Positions 40,075 through 51,246 are shown, counted from the stretch's first letter. The stretch is 64,000 nt of DNA from Thermoproteota archaeon (GCA_032249235.1 JAVVGF010000003.1:1-64000); one strand, 5' to 3'. A program made the numbers and translations. The notes: generated by a model from the letters alone, not told the origin.

Positions 40075-41342
40075 TGCCATCTTTAAAATTAATGGTATTG
40101 GCTCTTTCTACATCTTTCATTGTTCTCATCGGATCCTTTATTAGGAATCCAATCTTGTTGATTTCATCTATTCCGGTCTTTACTTATTTTCTAATTTCTA
40201 TAATAACTTATAAGGAATTAAAAATCAATTTAGAAATTAAAAGGAATTTATCAAAAGAAATTGTTAGAGAAGATGAAGAATTAGAAGTTAAAATAACTGT
40301 AATCAATAAAGGGGAAAAGATAGATTTTCTTTTAGTAACAGATTCGGTACAAGAAGGAGTAAAGATAGTAAAAGGCTCGAATTCAATGCTCTTATCAATT
40401 GATAAAAATGAAACGAAAGAGTTTAGCTATTTTGTTAAAGTTGGAGAAATAGGAAAGTATAAGCTTGGACCTATAGGAATTATTGCTTCAAACATTGAAG
40501 GAACTTATGTCTTTAAAAAGGTCATTGAAGATTATACCAATTTCAAAGTTTCACCCAAAATATCTTTGTTTGGCGAAATCATACTTAGACCTCGATATAA
40601 TAAACCATGGCCAGGAGATTCTCCATCAAGATCGATAGGAATAGGTAATGAATTTTATGCTGTTACTGAATCATTCGGCGGTGAAGGTTTAAGGAGAATA
40701 AATTGGAAGGCTACCGCTAAAACTAATAAATTAATGAAAAATGTTTATCATGCTGAATTGAGCTCAGACGTTTTAATCATTCTTGACTATAGAGCTGTTA
40801 ACGATATAAAATTCAAAGATAAATCTCTACTTTTACATTCAGCTCGTGCTTCACTATTATTAGCGTATAGATTGCTCAGAGATAAACATCGCGTAGGACT
40901 GTTAGTTTTAGGTGAGGAAATTCATAGGCTAAAGCCTTCATTTGGCAGGAAACAATTTGATAGAATAATTTTTTCTGTTCTAGAATCTGAACCTGGAAAG
41001 CTAAGCGATCTTAGGTTACTTAAGGATCTTGTTTCCTTGGTTTTTCCTATAACAACTCAAATAATTTTGATATCTCCAATTCTAGATTACGAGATAACTT
41101 TGGCTATAGCTGAGTTAGCTAAGAAAGGATATGATATAATTAGCATAGTGCCAAATCCATTTGAAAGAAAGCCTTTAAGTGAAATGGACATTGTTGATAG
41201 AATAATAAGAATCGAAAGGGAAAATTATCTCGCTATGCTCAAAAGATTTTCTAAAGTTCTTGAATGGGATGTTGATAAGCCGTTAGATATAGAATTGAAA
41301 AAGGTATCTGAAGCATGGTTGAGATCAGCTATTCATCGTTAG
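40074..41342 (+). CDS. DUF58 family protein
   Basis: GIGNEFY, RRINWKATAK, RVGLL; follows moxR. Confidence 0.88.
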   Translation: MPSLKLMVLALSTSFIVLIGSFIRNPILLISSIPVFTYFLISIITYKELKINLEIKRNLSKEIVREDEELEVKITVINKGEKIDFLLVTDSVQEGVKIVKGSNSMLLSIDKNETKEFSYFVKVGEIGKYKLGPIGIIASNIEGTYVFKKVIEDYTNFKVSPKISLFGEIILRPRYNKPWPGDSPSRSIGIGNEFYAVTESFGGEGLRRINWKATAKTNKLMKNVYHAELSSDVLIILDYRAVNDIKFKDKSLLLHSARASLLLAYRLLRDKHRVGLLVLGEEIHRLKPSFGRKQFDRIIFSVLESEPGKLSDLRLLKDLVSLVFPITTQIILISPILDYEITLAIAELAKKGYDIISIVPNPFERKPLSEMDIVDRIIRIERENYLAMLKRFSKVLEWDVDKPLDIELKKVSEAWLRSAIHR

Positions 41343-41872
41343 CTAAGTACACTATTTATTATCTTTATTTTTCAGAGATTCTTATTCTATTATATTTTTT
41401 ATTGAATATTAATCAACTTTCAGGCATTTTAATTATAATATTAGTTTTGACATTATCTACATTTTTATCTTATCTAATCTTAAATTATAATTTCTTAATA
41501 AAACTTTCAAATTATATTGCTATCATCGGCATATTCGTTTCTATTATATTTTTATCATCTGATATTAGTCTATTATATTTATTTATTTTACTTCTAATTT
41601 TTTACTCTGAATTTTTCTCATTTATTTCTAACTTAAATGGTATCTTTAGAAATTTTAATAAATTATCTCCTAATTTAATGAGCGAATTAAGGAGAAACTT
41701 AGTAAATAAACTTAAATTTGAATTCTTTATCTTTATTTTATCATTTTCTTTTTCTAATGTAGCAATAATATTTATTAAACCTTTATTCTTAATAAATCCT
41801 CTATTTAGCGCTTATTTATTTTTATTTATAGCTTTGTTGGTTATTTTTATTTTGTATAAATATCTTTTATGA
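41315..41872 (+). CDS. Hypothetical membrane protein
   Basis: Highly hydrophobic 185-aa ORF ending the MoxR operon. Confidence 0.68.
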   Translation: MVEISYSSLAKYTIYYLYFSEILILLYFLLNINQLSGILIIILVLTLSTFLSYLILNYNFLIKLSNYIAIIGIFVSIIFLSSDISLLYLFILLLIFYSEFFSFISNLNGIFRNFNKLSPNLMSELRRNLVNKLKFEFFIFILSFSFSNVAIIFIKPLFLINPLFSAYLFLFIALLVIFILYKYLL

Positions 41873-41922
41873 TTCACAATTAAAGATAAACTATAGTTTA
41901 AAAAATCAAATGATAATTTTCA

Positions 41923-43077
41923 TTACTTTTTTTTCTTTGGTTCTTTAGTTGCCTGTTCTGTTTCCTCAACATGAATTCCTACGCCTAGCAATTTCTTAAA
42001 GACCTCATCGATAAATCTCACGAACATTCCTTTTTGTCCAATCATAGCCCCTATTTCTTTCTTATCAACTAGCAATCTCAATGTATTTCCTGCGAAGTCG
42101 AAGTCTACTACATATTTATGAATCCAAGATACAGGATGTATTGCTCTTATTATTTCTTTTAGATCAAGGGTTAAACCGATAACTCTTAATCTTTGATTTG
42201 TTTCTTTTTCTATATTTTGAATTCTCTCTCCTTTTACTCCAACTAACCTTCCGACATGCTTTTCTTTTACTATTACCAAACCATCTGGCACGTTTTCACT
42301 TGTTATGTTGAATTTTCGCTTATATTCTGTAAGATTTACTACTGTAATTATGTCTGCATCAGGCGCATATATCTTAGCTACTTCTTTAACTTTTCTTTCA
42401 TTTTCATCTAGCTCTCTTTTTCTCATTTGCAACTCTAGTAATAATTGAACGCCTCTTTTGGCTCCAGGTCTAACGATATCTTTAATTCCCAAATCGATAA
42501 CAGTAGCAGTTTCTTCTCCAAGTAATATTTCTCTTGCTAATGAAGCTCCATCTTTTCCAAATTCAGCAGTTCTCTGAAATATTGGGTCGCCTGCTATTAT
42601 TAAACGGCTATTTCTTCCCATTCTAGTAATGATCTCTATGATTGTCTCTGCAGGAATGCTTTGAACATCATCTAAGATGATGATTGAATCATCAAAAGTT
42701 CTTCCTCTAAGAAAATGCGGGTCAGCAAGTAAAAGTTTACCATTCTTGATTAACTCCTCAATGGTTTTTTCTTCAACGAAGCCCACAAGGATGTCTTTAA
42801 GATATTCAGAAGCGTATTTGACATAATTTTCAGGTTCGTTAAATAATGTTATTTCTTTACCGCTTACAATATCTATGATAGGTCTAGATAGTATTATGCG
42901 TTTATAATTCCCTTCATTAACTGTTGAAAGAGAATAAGTTATTGCGAAGAGACTCTTACCTGTTCCGGTAGGACCAAATATGCCTATTAAATCCTTATCT
43001 GATTGTAATGCCTTCTTTAGTTCTTCCTGTCCTTTGCTTTTAGGTTCGAGTTTTTCAAAAAGATTTTCTAAGCTCAT
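41923..43077 (-). CDS. PhoH-family ATPase with C-terminal KH domains
   Basis: GPTGTGKS, LSRP, FLRGRTF, LDDVQ, AGD; KH loops GRLVGVKGERI and GAMIGQKG. Confidence 0.9.
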   Translation of the reverse strand: MSLENLFEKLEPKSKGQEELKKALQSDKDLIGIFGPTGTGKSLFAITYSLSTVNEGNYKRIILSRPIIDIVSGKEITLFNEPENYVKYASEYLKDILVGFVEEKTIEELIKNGKLLLADPHFLRGRTFDDSIIILDDVQSIPAETIIEIITRMGRNSRLIIAGDPIFQRTAEFGKDGASLAREILLGEETATVIDLGIKDIVRPGAKRGVQLLLELQMRKRELDENERKVKEVAKIYAPDADIITVVNLTEYKRKFNITSENVPDGLVIVKEKHVGRLVGVKGERIQNIEKETNQRLRVIGLTLDLKEIIRAIHPVSWIHKYVVDFDFAGNTLRLLVDKKEIGAMIGQKGMFVRFIDEVFKKLLGVGIHVEETEQATKEPKKKK

Positions 43078-43124
43078 CTCTACTATATTTTATAATCAGT
43101 GATATTTGAGATCGGGGCTCTATC

Positions 43125-43928
43125 TTAATTATGAGCTAATAGCTCTACAGGCCTCCAAATTTTTTCTCCTAAGACATACGAATAGGATATCAAGAAAATA
43201 TTGAAAACGATGTAAACTTCATCTATACTCCTTGGTGCATATATCATATAGAAAGGTAAATCGATTAATTTTCTCTCATATACAGGATGGGCTTCACCCC
43301 AACCTTTGCTTATAATTTCATCTTCCCATTCTTTGGGCAAAACTAAATGCAAACTTCCATCATATGGAGGATGAATGTGAGCGAATTCAAGCCCTCCCCA
43401 CATTACTTCTCTTTTAGCATTGTTAACTTCATCTCTTATCCATGCAGCTCTTGCTCCCGGAACAGATACTAAGCTTTCACTTTCGATTATAAATGGTAGA
43501 GAGAATATAAGACTAGAGAGCATTTTGTAAATCTCTAATGAAGGATTCTGACTCAATTGCTGATGAGGCATTTTATAACTGGTTATTGGGTGCTCTCCTT
43601 CTCGCTTAGGTAAACCAAAGCATGCTAGCCAAAATGGAAACTTTGAAGCTATTTTATTCCATCCTTCTCCTTCTTTTATCTTTTCGATTTTCAAAATTTC
43701 AAAATATTTGTCTAGCACGTATTCTCTTTCCTGTGCTAATGGAGGATTGCAGTAATCTTCTTCTTCCCATCCTACCGTGCTTTCATCAATGATTCTTGCT
43801 AATCTTAAACTATGATTCATAGCTTTTCCGAAAGGCTTAATTTGAGTTATTTCATTTTTCATGAGCTTTTCATAAAGTTCATTGATCGATTTCATATAGG
43901 GTTTAGCTAAAATCAAATAGTGAGCCAT
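43125..43928 (-). CDS. Fusion of an uncharacterised N-terminal domain with a DUF5519/luciferase-like domain
   Basis: N-terminal WEEEDYCNPPLAQER..VLD.YF; C-terminal PHQQLSQ, EFAHIHPPYDGSLH, GWGEAHP, YAPR. Confidence 0.7.
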   Translation of the reverse strand: MAHYLILAKPYMKSINELYEKLMKNEITQIKPFGKAMNHSLRLARIIDESTVGWEEEDYCNPPLAQEREYVLDKYFEILKIEKIKEGEGWNKIASKFPFWLACFGLPKREGEHPITSYKMPHQQLSQNPSLEIYKMLSSLIFSLPFIIESESLVSVPGARAAWIRDEVNNAKREVMWGGLEFAHIHPPYDGSLHLVLPKEWEDEIISKGWGEAHPVYERKLIDLPFYMIYAPRSIDEVYIVFNIFLISYSYVLGEKIWRPVELLAHN

Positions 43929-43972
43929 AATATAACTTGCTATAAAAATGTAATAAACTTAATAATTTCAGT

Positions 43973-44686
43973 TTAACTTTTCATCATTCTTGAAACAATC
44001 GTTTCAAGAGGTTCATCTTCATTTCCAAGTTTTCTCAAATCGTTGATTTTACCGCTCCATATAAGCTTTCCTTTTGCAATCATCAACACATTTTCTGCTA
44101 GTCTTGAAGCAATGGACATAATATGAGTAGAAACTAGCATTGTTGAATTCATCGAATTCAAAATTTTAATTACAATTTCTTGTGTTGGTATATCTAAATA
44201 GTTCAAAGGTTCATCGAGCAGGAGAATTTTAGGTTTATGTATTATAGCTAGTGCTATGGCTAACTTTTGTACATTACCTCTAGATAACCTTCCGACTTTT
44301 GCTTTTTCATATTCTCTCAAACTTAACAAATCTAATAATTCATCTATTCTATCATCTAGGTTTTCAACATTTCTCAAAGCACCTATGTATTCAAGATTTT
44401 CTCTAACTGAAAGTGTTCTATAAGGTTGAGCATCTTCAGGTAAATAACCCAACAGTCTTTTTGCTTCTATTGTTTCTGGCTCATAACCCATTATTTTTAT
44501 GTAGCCTTGATTAGGTCTTAATAAGCCAGCTATCAATTTAAGCGTCGTAGTCTTTCCTGCTCCGTTAGGTCCTAGCAAGGCAAATCTAGAATTAAGTGGT
44601 ATTTCGAAAGTTACATTGTCCAATGCTAAAACCTTTCCATAATATTTTGAAACTTCTCTAAATTCTATTGCTTTTAATTCATTCAT
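43973..44686 (-). CDS. ABC transporter ATP-binding protein
   Basis: [21 protein letters not shown]. Confidence 0.9.
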   Translation of the reverse strand: MNELKAIEFREVSKYYGKVLALDNVTFEIPLNSRFALLGPNGAGKTTTLKLIAGLLRPNQGYIKIMGYEPETIEAKRLLGYLPEDAQPYRTLSVRENLEYIGALRNVENLDDRIDELLDLLSLREYEKAKVGRLSRGNVQKLAIALAIIHKPKILLLDEPLNYLDIPTQEIVIKILNSMNSTMLVSTHIMSIASRLAENVLMIAKGKLIWSGKINDLRKLGNEDEPLETIVSRMMKS

Positions 44687-45525
44687 TATTTTAAGGGTTG
44701 GTCTTCAGTTATATCCTTTTTGGATATGAATAAGATCCTTTTTGGATATGAATAAGGCATACCTAATTTCTTCAAGGTTTCTTCAATGATTCTAGGCATG
44801 TTAGAGTACAAATCAAACCAGGTCTTTCCTGCAGTCCATGCTCTTGCTTCCATTAAAATACCCTTCTCATCAAATTGTGCTACAAATACGCTTGGTGCAG
44901 GTTCTGCAAGAACATACCATTGTGCTTCAAATTCTTTAATTAACGTTTCAATAACTTTGTTTACATCGTATTCATAAGGTATTACAAATTGAACTCTCAC
45001 AAGCCTAGCTACTGAGTTGCTATAATTTATGAGTGGAGAATTAAATAATTCGCTATTCGGTATTCTTATGTAATATCCTTCCCAACTCTGTATCTTCGTA
45101 GACAATAGACCAATGTCGACAACCATTCCTATGTTGTTATTGTAATTAATGTAATCACCTATTTTGAAAGGTCTTTCTGTCATCAATAATATTCCTGCAA
45201 AGAAATTTGATAGTGTTTGCTGAGCAGCTAAACCTATAACTATAGCTGTGAAGCCTCCTGCAACTAGCAATTCAGTTAATGTTAAACCAGGTATATTTAG
45301 AAGACGTATAGCAACAGCTATGCCTATTAGAATGATTATGTAATAAACGAGTTTGTTTATGTTAGATATGATATGCGAAGGAACTTTTTCATGCAATCTT
45401 CTTCTAATCATTACTGTTAAATACTTCGCAATGATCACTGCGATGATGATAGCGATTACTGCTTCTATTACTCCTTGATATTGTATAATATAATTCCAGA
45501 AATCAGATAACGTAATAGATATCAT
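44686..45525 (-). CDS. MscS-family mechanosensitive channel
   Basis: [14 protein letters not shown]...[12 protein letters not shown]...NYS. Confidence 0.92.
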   Translation of the reverse strand: MISITLSDFWNYIIQYQGVIEAVIAIIIAVIIAKYLTVMIRRRLHEKVPSHIISNINKLVYYIIILIGIAVAIRLLNIPGLTLTELLVAGGFTAIVIGLAAQQTLSNFFAGILLMTERPFKIGDYINYNNNIGMVVDIGLLSTKIQSWEGYYIRIPNSELFNSPLINYSNSVARLVRVQFVIPYEYDVNKVIETLIKEFEAQWYVLAEPAPSVFVAQFDEKGILMEARAWTAGKTWFDLYSNMPRIIEETLKKLGMPYSYPKRILFISKKDITEDQPLK

Positions 45526-46157
45526 GTTCCAAATTTCATCTCAAATTGGCCTCCAATTCCTTTTGAAATTGTAGTAGGAATTATTTCAGCATCCTCAATT
45601 GTCGGTTTATTCATTAATCTAACAAGCGCAAGTCCTTTTTGAAGTCTTGTAACGCGTATTCTTTCACCATAAAATTTCCCCTCTTTAGTATAAAGAGAAA
45701 AAAATTTCGTGTTAAATATTATTTTAGATATGCTACCTACGCTTCCAGCTTTGTTTATAATTTCTATTAATGTTATTGCTTCATTTACTGAAGTAATAGG
45801 TAGCACTAAAAACGCATTGGTTTTCCAGTATCTATAAATAACACCTTCTCCTATTGTACCATAAAGAGCATACTTTTTAGTATAAATTTCTATTACATCG
45901 ATTAGTTTGTAATTTGAACCATCGCTGACATATATTCCGATATCTAATGGTAACTTAACGTATAGCTTTACTTCTTGTTCTTCACCAATATATATCGGTT
46001 GTTCAAAGACTATGCCGAAATACTCTGTTATTGCTTCGTTTATACTAAGAATGGGAAATTCTTTTATTGTTAAATTACTAGGTATTTCAATTTTCTTTTC
46101 ACCTTTTTGATATACTAAATGATCTTTTTCTTTTGTGATTGAATAATTAAGCTCCAT
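45522..46157 (-). CDS. DUF432 family protein
   Basis: PLDIG, KYALYG...GVIYRY; typical partner of archaeal MscS. Confidence 0.8.
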   Translation of the reverse strand: MELNYSITKEKDHLVYQKGEKKIEIPSNLTIKEFPILSINEAITEYFGIVFEQPIYIGEEQEVKLYVKLPLDIGIYVSDGSNYKLIDVIEIYTKKYALYGTIGEGVIYRYWKTNAFLVLPITSVNEAITLIEIINKAGSVGSISKIIFNTKFFSLYTKEGKFYGERIRVTRLQKGLALVRLMNKPTIEDAEIIPTTISKGIGGQFEMKFGT

Positions 46158-46182
46158 ATCAATAGCTTATTACTTCATTGAT

Positions 46183-46791
46183 TTAAAGCTTAAAAAACTC
46201 TAGAAATGCGTTATAAAGTATTATAATTGAAAAAACCAAGAGAGTTAAGAATGAAAATAATTTCACTATCATGATAGTTAATTTTCTTTTGAAGCTATAA
46301 CCCATTCTAATACTAGCTGGGAACAATATTATCCATGATAATATGGCTGAAAACAATCCAGCTACTGCAATAATTCCAAATAAAGCCATGAAGGAAAGAC
46401 CAGCTGTTAACCACCATAATATTTGGTAAGGATTAGATATGCCCAATGCTAAAGAAATTAAAAAGGTTGAGCTTTTTCTTAATGTTTCACTCGAAACTTT
46501 GTTTAATTCTTCTGTTTTGCTTGTATATATTCGAATTGCAAGATAGAGCATATAAAAGCTACCTATAAAATAAAAAGGGAACAAAGGAAGATTTTTTATT
46601 AAACTGAAAGCCATTAAAGTGAGAATCATAAAAATGAAATCTGCAGTCATAGCACCCAATCCTGTTATGAATCCTTCTTTAAAAGAATTCAATGACCTAC
46701 TAGCTATCAAAGCATTCATTGGTCCTGGAGGTGCAGCTAACGAAAATCCGTAAATATATCCTTGTAAGAAATATATGATTTCAGCTATCAT
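46183..46791 (-). CDS. LysE-family translocator
   Basis: GFSLAAPPGPMN, GLGAMTAD, NPYQILWW. Confidence 0.9.
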   Translation of the reverse strand: MIAEIIYFLQGYIYGFSLAAPPGPMNALIASRSLNSFKEGFITGLGAMTADFIFMILTLMAFSLIKNLPLFPFYFIGSFYMLYLAIRIYTSKTEELNKVSSETLRKSSTFLISLALGISNPYQILWWLTAGLSFMALFGIIAVAGLFSAILSWIILFPASIRMGYSFKRKLTIMIVKLFSFLTLLVFSIIILYNAFLEFFKL

Positions 46792-46841
46792 TTTATAGCT
46801 AATAGTTCTAATATATTAAAAAATATTTCTAATTAAGAGAT

Positions 46842-47621
46842 ATGGTTGAATTAATTGATGTTCATTGTCATTTAGACGATGATGCATTCAACAAAGACCT
46901 AGATTTAGTTATAGAAAATGCGAGAAAAGTAGGAGTTACCAAAATAATCACTTCTTGTATATATGAAAAATCTCTTCAAAGAACAGAGGAGATAACCGAA
47001 AAATATAAAGGATTTGTTTTTTCAACTATTGGCTTGGACTATTCAGTATTAGATGAAGAAAGAATACAAAACGTAATGGATTTGATAAGAAAGAACAAAG
47101 ATAAGATCATTGGAATAGGCGAAGTAGGTCTAGATTTCTTCATATTTAAAAATGCTAGTTTACAAGAAAAGAACAAGGCTGTATTTAAGAAGTGGATTGA
47201 TTTTGCAATGGAAGTTGATTTACCATTAGTAGTTCATTCAAGAAGTGCTGGAAAGTATGCAATAGAAATACTCATTCAATCAGGCATAGAAAAAGTATTG
47301 ATGCATGCATTCGATGGATCAGTAGGATATGCAATACAAGGTGCAAAGCATGGCTTTTATTTTTCCATTCCTCCTTCAATCGTTAGATCTGAACAGAAGC
47401 AGAAGCTCGCAAAACATCTTTCATTAGAAAATTTAATGCTTGAAAGTGATTCGCCTGTTTTAGGTCCTGAAAGAGGAATAAGAAATACTCCTTCAAACGT
47501 CATAATATCTGCAGGCATGATATCTAAGCTTAAGAAAATACCGCTCGAAGAAGTGTGCAAAAAAACCACTTTCAATGCCAATAAACTATTCTTTGAAAAG
47601 TATTTTAAAAATACGCTTTAG
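46842..47621 (+). CDS. tatD: TatD-family hydrolase/DNase
   Basis: DVHCHL, GIGEVGLD, VHSR, MHAF, LESDSP. Confidence 0.92.
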   Translation: MVELIDVHCHLDDDAFNKDLDLVIENARKVGVTKIITSCIYEKSLQRTEEITEKYKGFVFSTIGLDYSVLDEERIQNVMDLIRKNKDKIIGIGEVGLDFFIFKNASLQEKNKAVFKKWIDFAMEVDLPLVVHSRSAGKYAIEILIQSGIEKVLMHAFDGSVGYAIQGAKHGFYFSIPPSIVRSEQKQKLAKHLSLENLMLESDSPVLGPERGIRNTPSNVIISAGMISKLKKIPLEEVCKKTTFNANKLFFEKYFKNTL

Positions 47622-47630
47622 TTCAATTAT

Positions 47631-48449
47631 ATGATGAAAAAAGCCTTCGATTTCTTAAATATAAATGAACTTCCTCCTAAGCCTAGAAAGAAAGGAATTG
47701 TTGAAATAAGAGGTCCATATTATACACCAGTAACTTTTAGCTATTTGAAAAGTTTGCTAGAAGACTGGGGAGAATATTTCGACGGATTTAAGTTTGCAGG
47801 GGGTTCTCAAAGATTATTGGATTATGAAAAAGTCAAAGCAATAATTAAACTATGTCATGATCACAATGTTTATGTTTCAACGGGAGGTATGATAGAAAGA
47901 GTTATAATTCAAGGAGAGAAAGCTGTTGAAAAATACTTAGAAGAATGCAAAAGCTTAGAATTTGATGTAGTAGAAATATCAAGTGGTTTCATAGAGATGC
48001 CAATAAGTTATAAAGCAAGATTGATAAAAGAAGTCCAAAAGCGTTCAATGAAAGCGAAACCTGAAGTATCGATAATGAAAGGTGCAGGAGGAGGTACGCA
48101 TGTAATAGGATATGAGATTGAAACTAGAAGCTTAGAAGATTTTCTAAGTGAATGCAAAATCTTGTTAGATAATGGAGCTGACATGCTAATGATAGAGTCT
48201 GAAGGTTTAACAGAAGATTTGCCTCCTGAAAAATGGCGAATAGATGTTATTAAACTATTAATCGAAAAATTCGGTTATGAAAAGCTAATGTTTGAAGCAG
48301 CTGATCCTCCAGTGTTTAAGTGGTATTTAAAAAATGTAGCAAAAGATGTGAATGTTTTCATAGATCATTCTCAGATAGTTGAATTCAATGCATGGCGTTT
48401 AGGATTATGGGGAGATAGAGATATTTGGAAAGGCTTTAAGCTTGAATGA
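47631..48449 (+). CDS. comA: Phosphosulfolactate synthase (ComA) family
   Basis: KPRKKG..EIRGPYY, KFAGGS, STGG, EISSGF, MIESEG, MFEAADP, NVFIDHSQ. Confidence 0.88.
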   Translation: MMKKAFDFLNINELPPKPRKKGIVEIRGPYYTPVTFSYLKSLLEDWGEYFDGFKFAGGSQRLLDYEKVKAIIKLCHDHNVYVSTGGMIERVIIQGEKAVEKYLEECKSLEFDVVEISSGFIEMPISYKARLIKEVQKRSMKAKPEVSIMKGAGGGTHVIGYEIETRSLEDFLSECKILLDNGADMLMIESEGLTEDLPPEKWRIDVIKLLIEKFGYEKLMFEAADPPVFKWYLKNVAKDVNVFIDHSQIVEFNAWRLGLWGDRDIWKGFKLE

Positions 48450-49675
48450 ATTACAAATACTTAATTTTAGGAGGAGGAATTGCTGGTTGTTATGCTGCTC
48501 AATCTATAAGAGAAGTAGATAAAGAAGGGAGCATCGCTATCATTTCTAAAGAAGTGCATTTACCTTATGATAGAACGGTTCTTTCAAAGGGTTATCTTCA
48601 AGGAAAGATCAAAAGAGAAAGTATTTTCATAAAAAAGAAAGATTTCTATGAAAAGAATAAGATTGAATTGATTCTAGGAAGAAAAGCTGAGAAACTAGAT
48701 GCACAAAATAAAAAGGTTAAGTTAGATGATGGTAGTTGGATAGGTTTTGATAAGTTACTAATTGCAACAGGAGGAGAACCCAGAAAGCTAAAGATAGAAG
48801 GTTCAGAATTGAAAGGGGTTTTTTATCTCAGATCTTTAGATGATTGTGATTCGATAATAGAATGGCTGAGTTCAACAAAGAAAGCTGTAATAATTGGAGG
48901 AGGTTTTATTGGATGCGAAGTAGCTTCCGTTTTAGCTTCTAAAAATATCGATACAACAATTCTAGAACTTACGCCTCATTTGCTTTCAAGAGTATTGGAT
49001 GAAGAAATGTCCATATTCATTGAGAACTTCTTAAAAAGTAAAGGAATCAAAATAATGACGAATTCTTCTGCTAGCAGAATAATTGGAGAAAATGGAAAAA
49101 TAAAAGCTGTGCAAACTAATAATGGAGATGTTATTGAAGCTGATATGGCTTTGATAGGTGTAGGGATAATTCCCAACATTGAGTTAGCAAAAGATGCAGG
49201 TGTTAAAACAGATAATGGAATAATTACAAACGAATATTTAGAAACAAGTATTCCTGATATATATGCGGCTGGAGATATTGCGTTATTCTTCAGTCCCATT
49301 TTTAACAAATATTTACGCGTAGAACATTATGATGTAGCATTAAAACATGGAAAAGTTGCAGGAAAGAATATGGCAGGTAAGAAAGAACCTTTTAATGAAT
49401 TACCTTATTTCTTTTCATACATGGCAGAATTGAGTATATATGTATATGGAGAGCTTAGCAATAAATACATAAGTGTTAGGAGAGGATTACCAGATTTGAA
49501 AAAAGGTTTTCTTAAGTTTTATTTCGAGAATGGAACTTTGAATTCAGTATTATCTGTTAATACATTCAAAGACTTAAACATTGCGAAAGAATTAATAAAA
49601 AGAAGATTTAAAGCTGAAGATATTAATATATTTTCAGATGAAAATTTCGATCTGACTAAGCTTTTAAATTTTTAA
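48446..49675 (+). CDS. FAD/NAD(P)H-dependent ferredoxin reductase-like oxidoreductase
   Basis: GGGIAG, PYDR..LSK, ATGG, GGGFIGCE, AAGD, RVEH. Confidence 0.9.
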   Translation: MNYKYLILGGGIAGCYAAQSIREVDKEGSIAIISKEVHLPYDRTVLSKGYLQGKIKRESIFIKKKDFYEKNKIELILGRKAEKLDAQNKKVKLDDGSWIGFDKLLIATGGEPRKLKIEGSELKGVFYLRSLDDCDSIIEWLSSTKKAVIIGGGFIGCEVASVLASKNIDTTILELTPHLLSRVLDEEMSIFIENFLKSKGIKIMTNSSASRIIGENGKIKAVQTNNGDVIEADMALIGVGIIPNIELAKDAGVKTDNGIITNEYLETSIPDIYAAGDIALFFSPIFNKYLRVEHYDVALKHGKVAGKNMAGKKEPFNELPYFFSYMAELSIYVYGELSNKYISVRRGLPDLKKGFLKFYFENGTLNSVLSVNTFKDLNIAKELIKRRFKAEDINIFSDENFDLTKLLNF

Positions 49676-50869
49676 TAATTTAATTTTTTGTTCATTATTA
49701 TTTACAAATCTAATTAGAGTTAACCATATTGCATCTAATACAGGTTTAGCGCTTGTAGCAATTCTTGCTTTTGAATCAATTATTTTTTCTATCATTCCAT
49801 AACTTACAATATTTCCATCTTTTTCTAAACCAACTAGCATACCTTCAAGAACTTCAATTGGAATGTAAACTGTCTTGAATGCTTCGTTTATGACGATTGA
49901 AAACTCTCTTGATGAAAATATTCTAATTTTATAACCTTCTTCACTCTCAAGACTGATCGAGCCCAATTCGTACTTTAGATTTTTATATATTCTTCCTAAG
50001 AAGCCAAAACTTAGTGTTTTCAAATCTATGTTTATTCTAGAATTCGTGGAAATGAATTTAGCATATTGCATTTCTCTTCTCAAAACTCTCGTAGTCCTAT
50101 CTTTTCCAATAGCTGGTGGTATTTTAAGATTAACAATTTCACAGTTCAAGCTTGAAAACTTTGTTTTTAATTCTTCATTTCCTATTAAAAATATGGCATT
50201 AGGATTCATTTCTTTAATTAACTTAATTTTGTATGCAATACCTGGACCTTCAATATAACCATCGGTATTGATTATTACTGTATCAACGTCTTTAAAATAT
50301 TCCAATGCTTTTTTCATGCTTTTTATTATGAGTTCTTCATCTACACTTACGTCTATTAAACCAATAGGTATAACGAAGTCTGCATATACATCCCTTAGAT
50401 CAAATATTCCTTCTTTAAGTATCTTACAACCTATAAAAGCAGGAGGAGTTAAATCAGCTTGACCTACATCGCCATCGAGAATTCCTACTTTCTTATTCAT
50501 TGATAGTGCTATGTTTGATAATAGAACTGCAAGAGTGCTTTTTCCTGAATCTGTAGGACCTAAGATCATTATTTTCTTATATTCATTCCCTATTTTTGAC
50601 TTGCATTTCTCGATTTCTTCAGCCCATATAGCATATCCTAAATCTCCTCTTCGTATTTCGTATGTCGCATCTTCGTATAACAATAATTTAATGGAAGCTG
50701 ATTCTTCAAAAGTCTCTATGGGAAGAGCTTTACCTTTCCTAATAATCAGTTCTTTAAAATCTTTTGCTAAGCAGAATACTTTACCCTGAAATGACTTAGC
50801 CGAAGCTGGTCCTCTAACCAGCAACACTTCGCCTTTATGTATTGTAACAACTTCCTCCTTCACTCTCAA
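49664..50869 (-). CDS. Clp1/Grc3-family polynucleotide 5'-kinase
   Basis: GPTDSGKST, DGDVGQ, INTDG, R..RRE. Confidence 0.88.
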   Translation of the reverse strand: MRVKEEVVTIHKGEVLLVRGPASAKSFQGKVFCLAKDFKELIIRKGKALPIETFEESASIKLLLYEDATYEIRRGDLGYAIWAEEIEKCKSKIGNEYKKIMILGPTDSGKSTLAVLLSNIALSMNKKVGILDGDVGQADLTPPAFIGCKILKEGIFDLRDVYADFVIPIGLIDVSVDEELIIKSMKKALEYFKDVDTVIINTDGYIEGPGIAYKIKLIKEMNPNAIFLIGNEELKTKFSSLNCEIVNLKIPPAIGKDRTTRVLRREMQYAKFISTNSRINIDLKTLSFGFLGRIYKNLKYELGSISLESEEGYKIRIFSSREFSIVINEAFKTVYIPIEVLEGMLVGLEKDGNIVSYGMIEKIIDSKARIATSAKPVLDAIWLTLIRFVNNNEQKIKLLKI

Positions 50870-51246
50870 TTAATTAATATATATGTAGAATTGATAACGT
50901 TTATCTAAAAACAACGATAACAATTTTTTAAACAAGATGCGTACATGCTTATTTAACTTAAACTATTTTTAAGAGAGATGAACAACTTGTTTAAAGTCTT
51001 GTTTATAGAGCTATTACATGACAAGTATTGATCACATCAAGTAAAAGCTAAGCTTCTGTTTTATCTGAAAATTAAGACACACTCTTTTAATAAGATTTTG
51101 TAGCTTAGCTTCTCTTGCTTATTAGCGGATATCCTTGATCTTATTTCAAGTCAGTTAACATGTTCTGAGCTTTTCAAGATAGCTAGTATTTTGTCCAAGA
51201 TATGGATCTTATAGCAATCAAAAAACTAATGACAAAAAATTCTTAT

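Noticed and set aside
36787-41872. MoxR-DUF58-DUF4129 operon as a novel system
   Set aside because: Widespread, known gene arrangement in archaea and bacteria; nothing unusual beyond the upstream acyl-CoA dehydrogenase.
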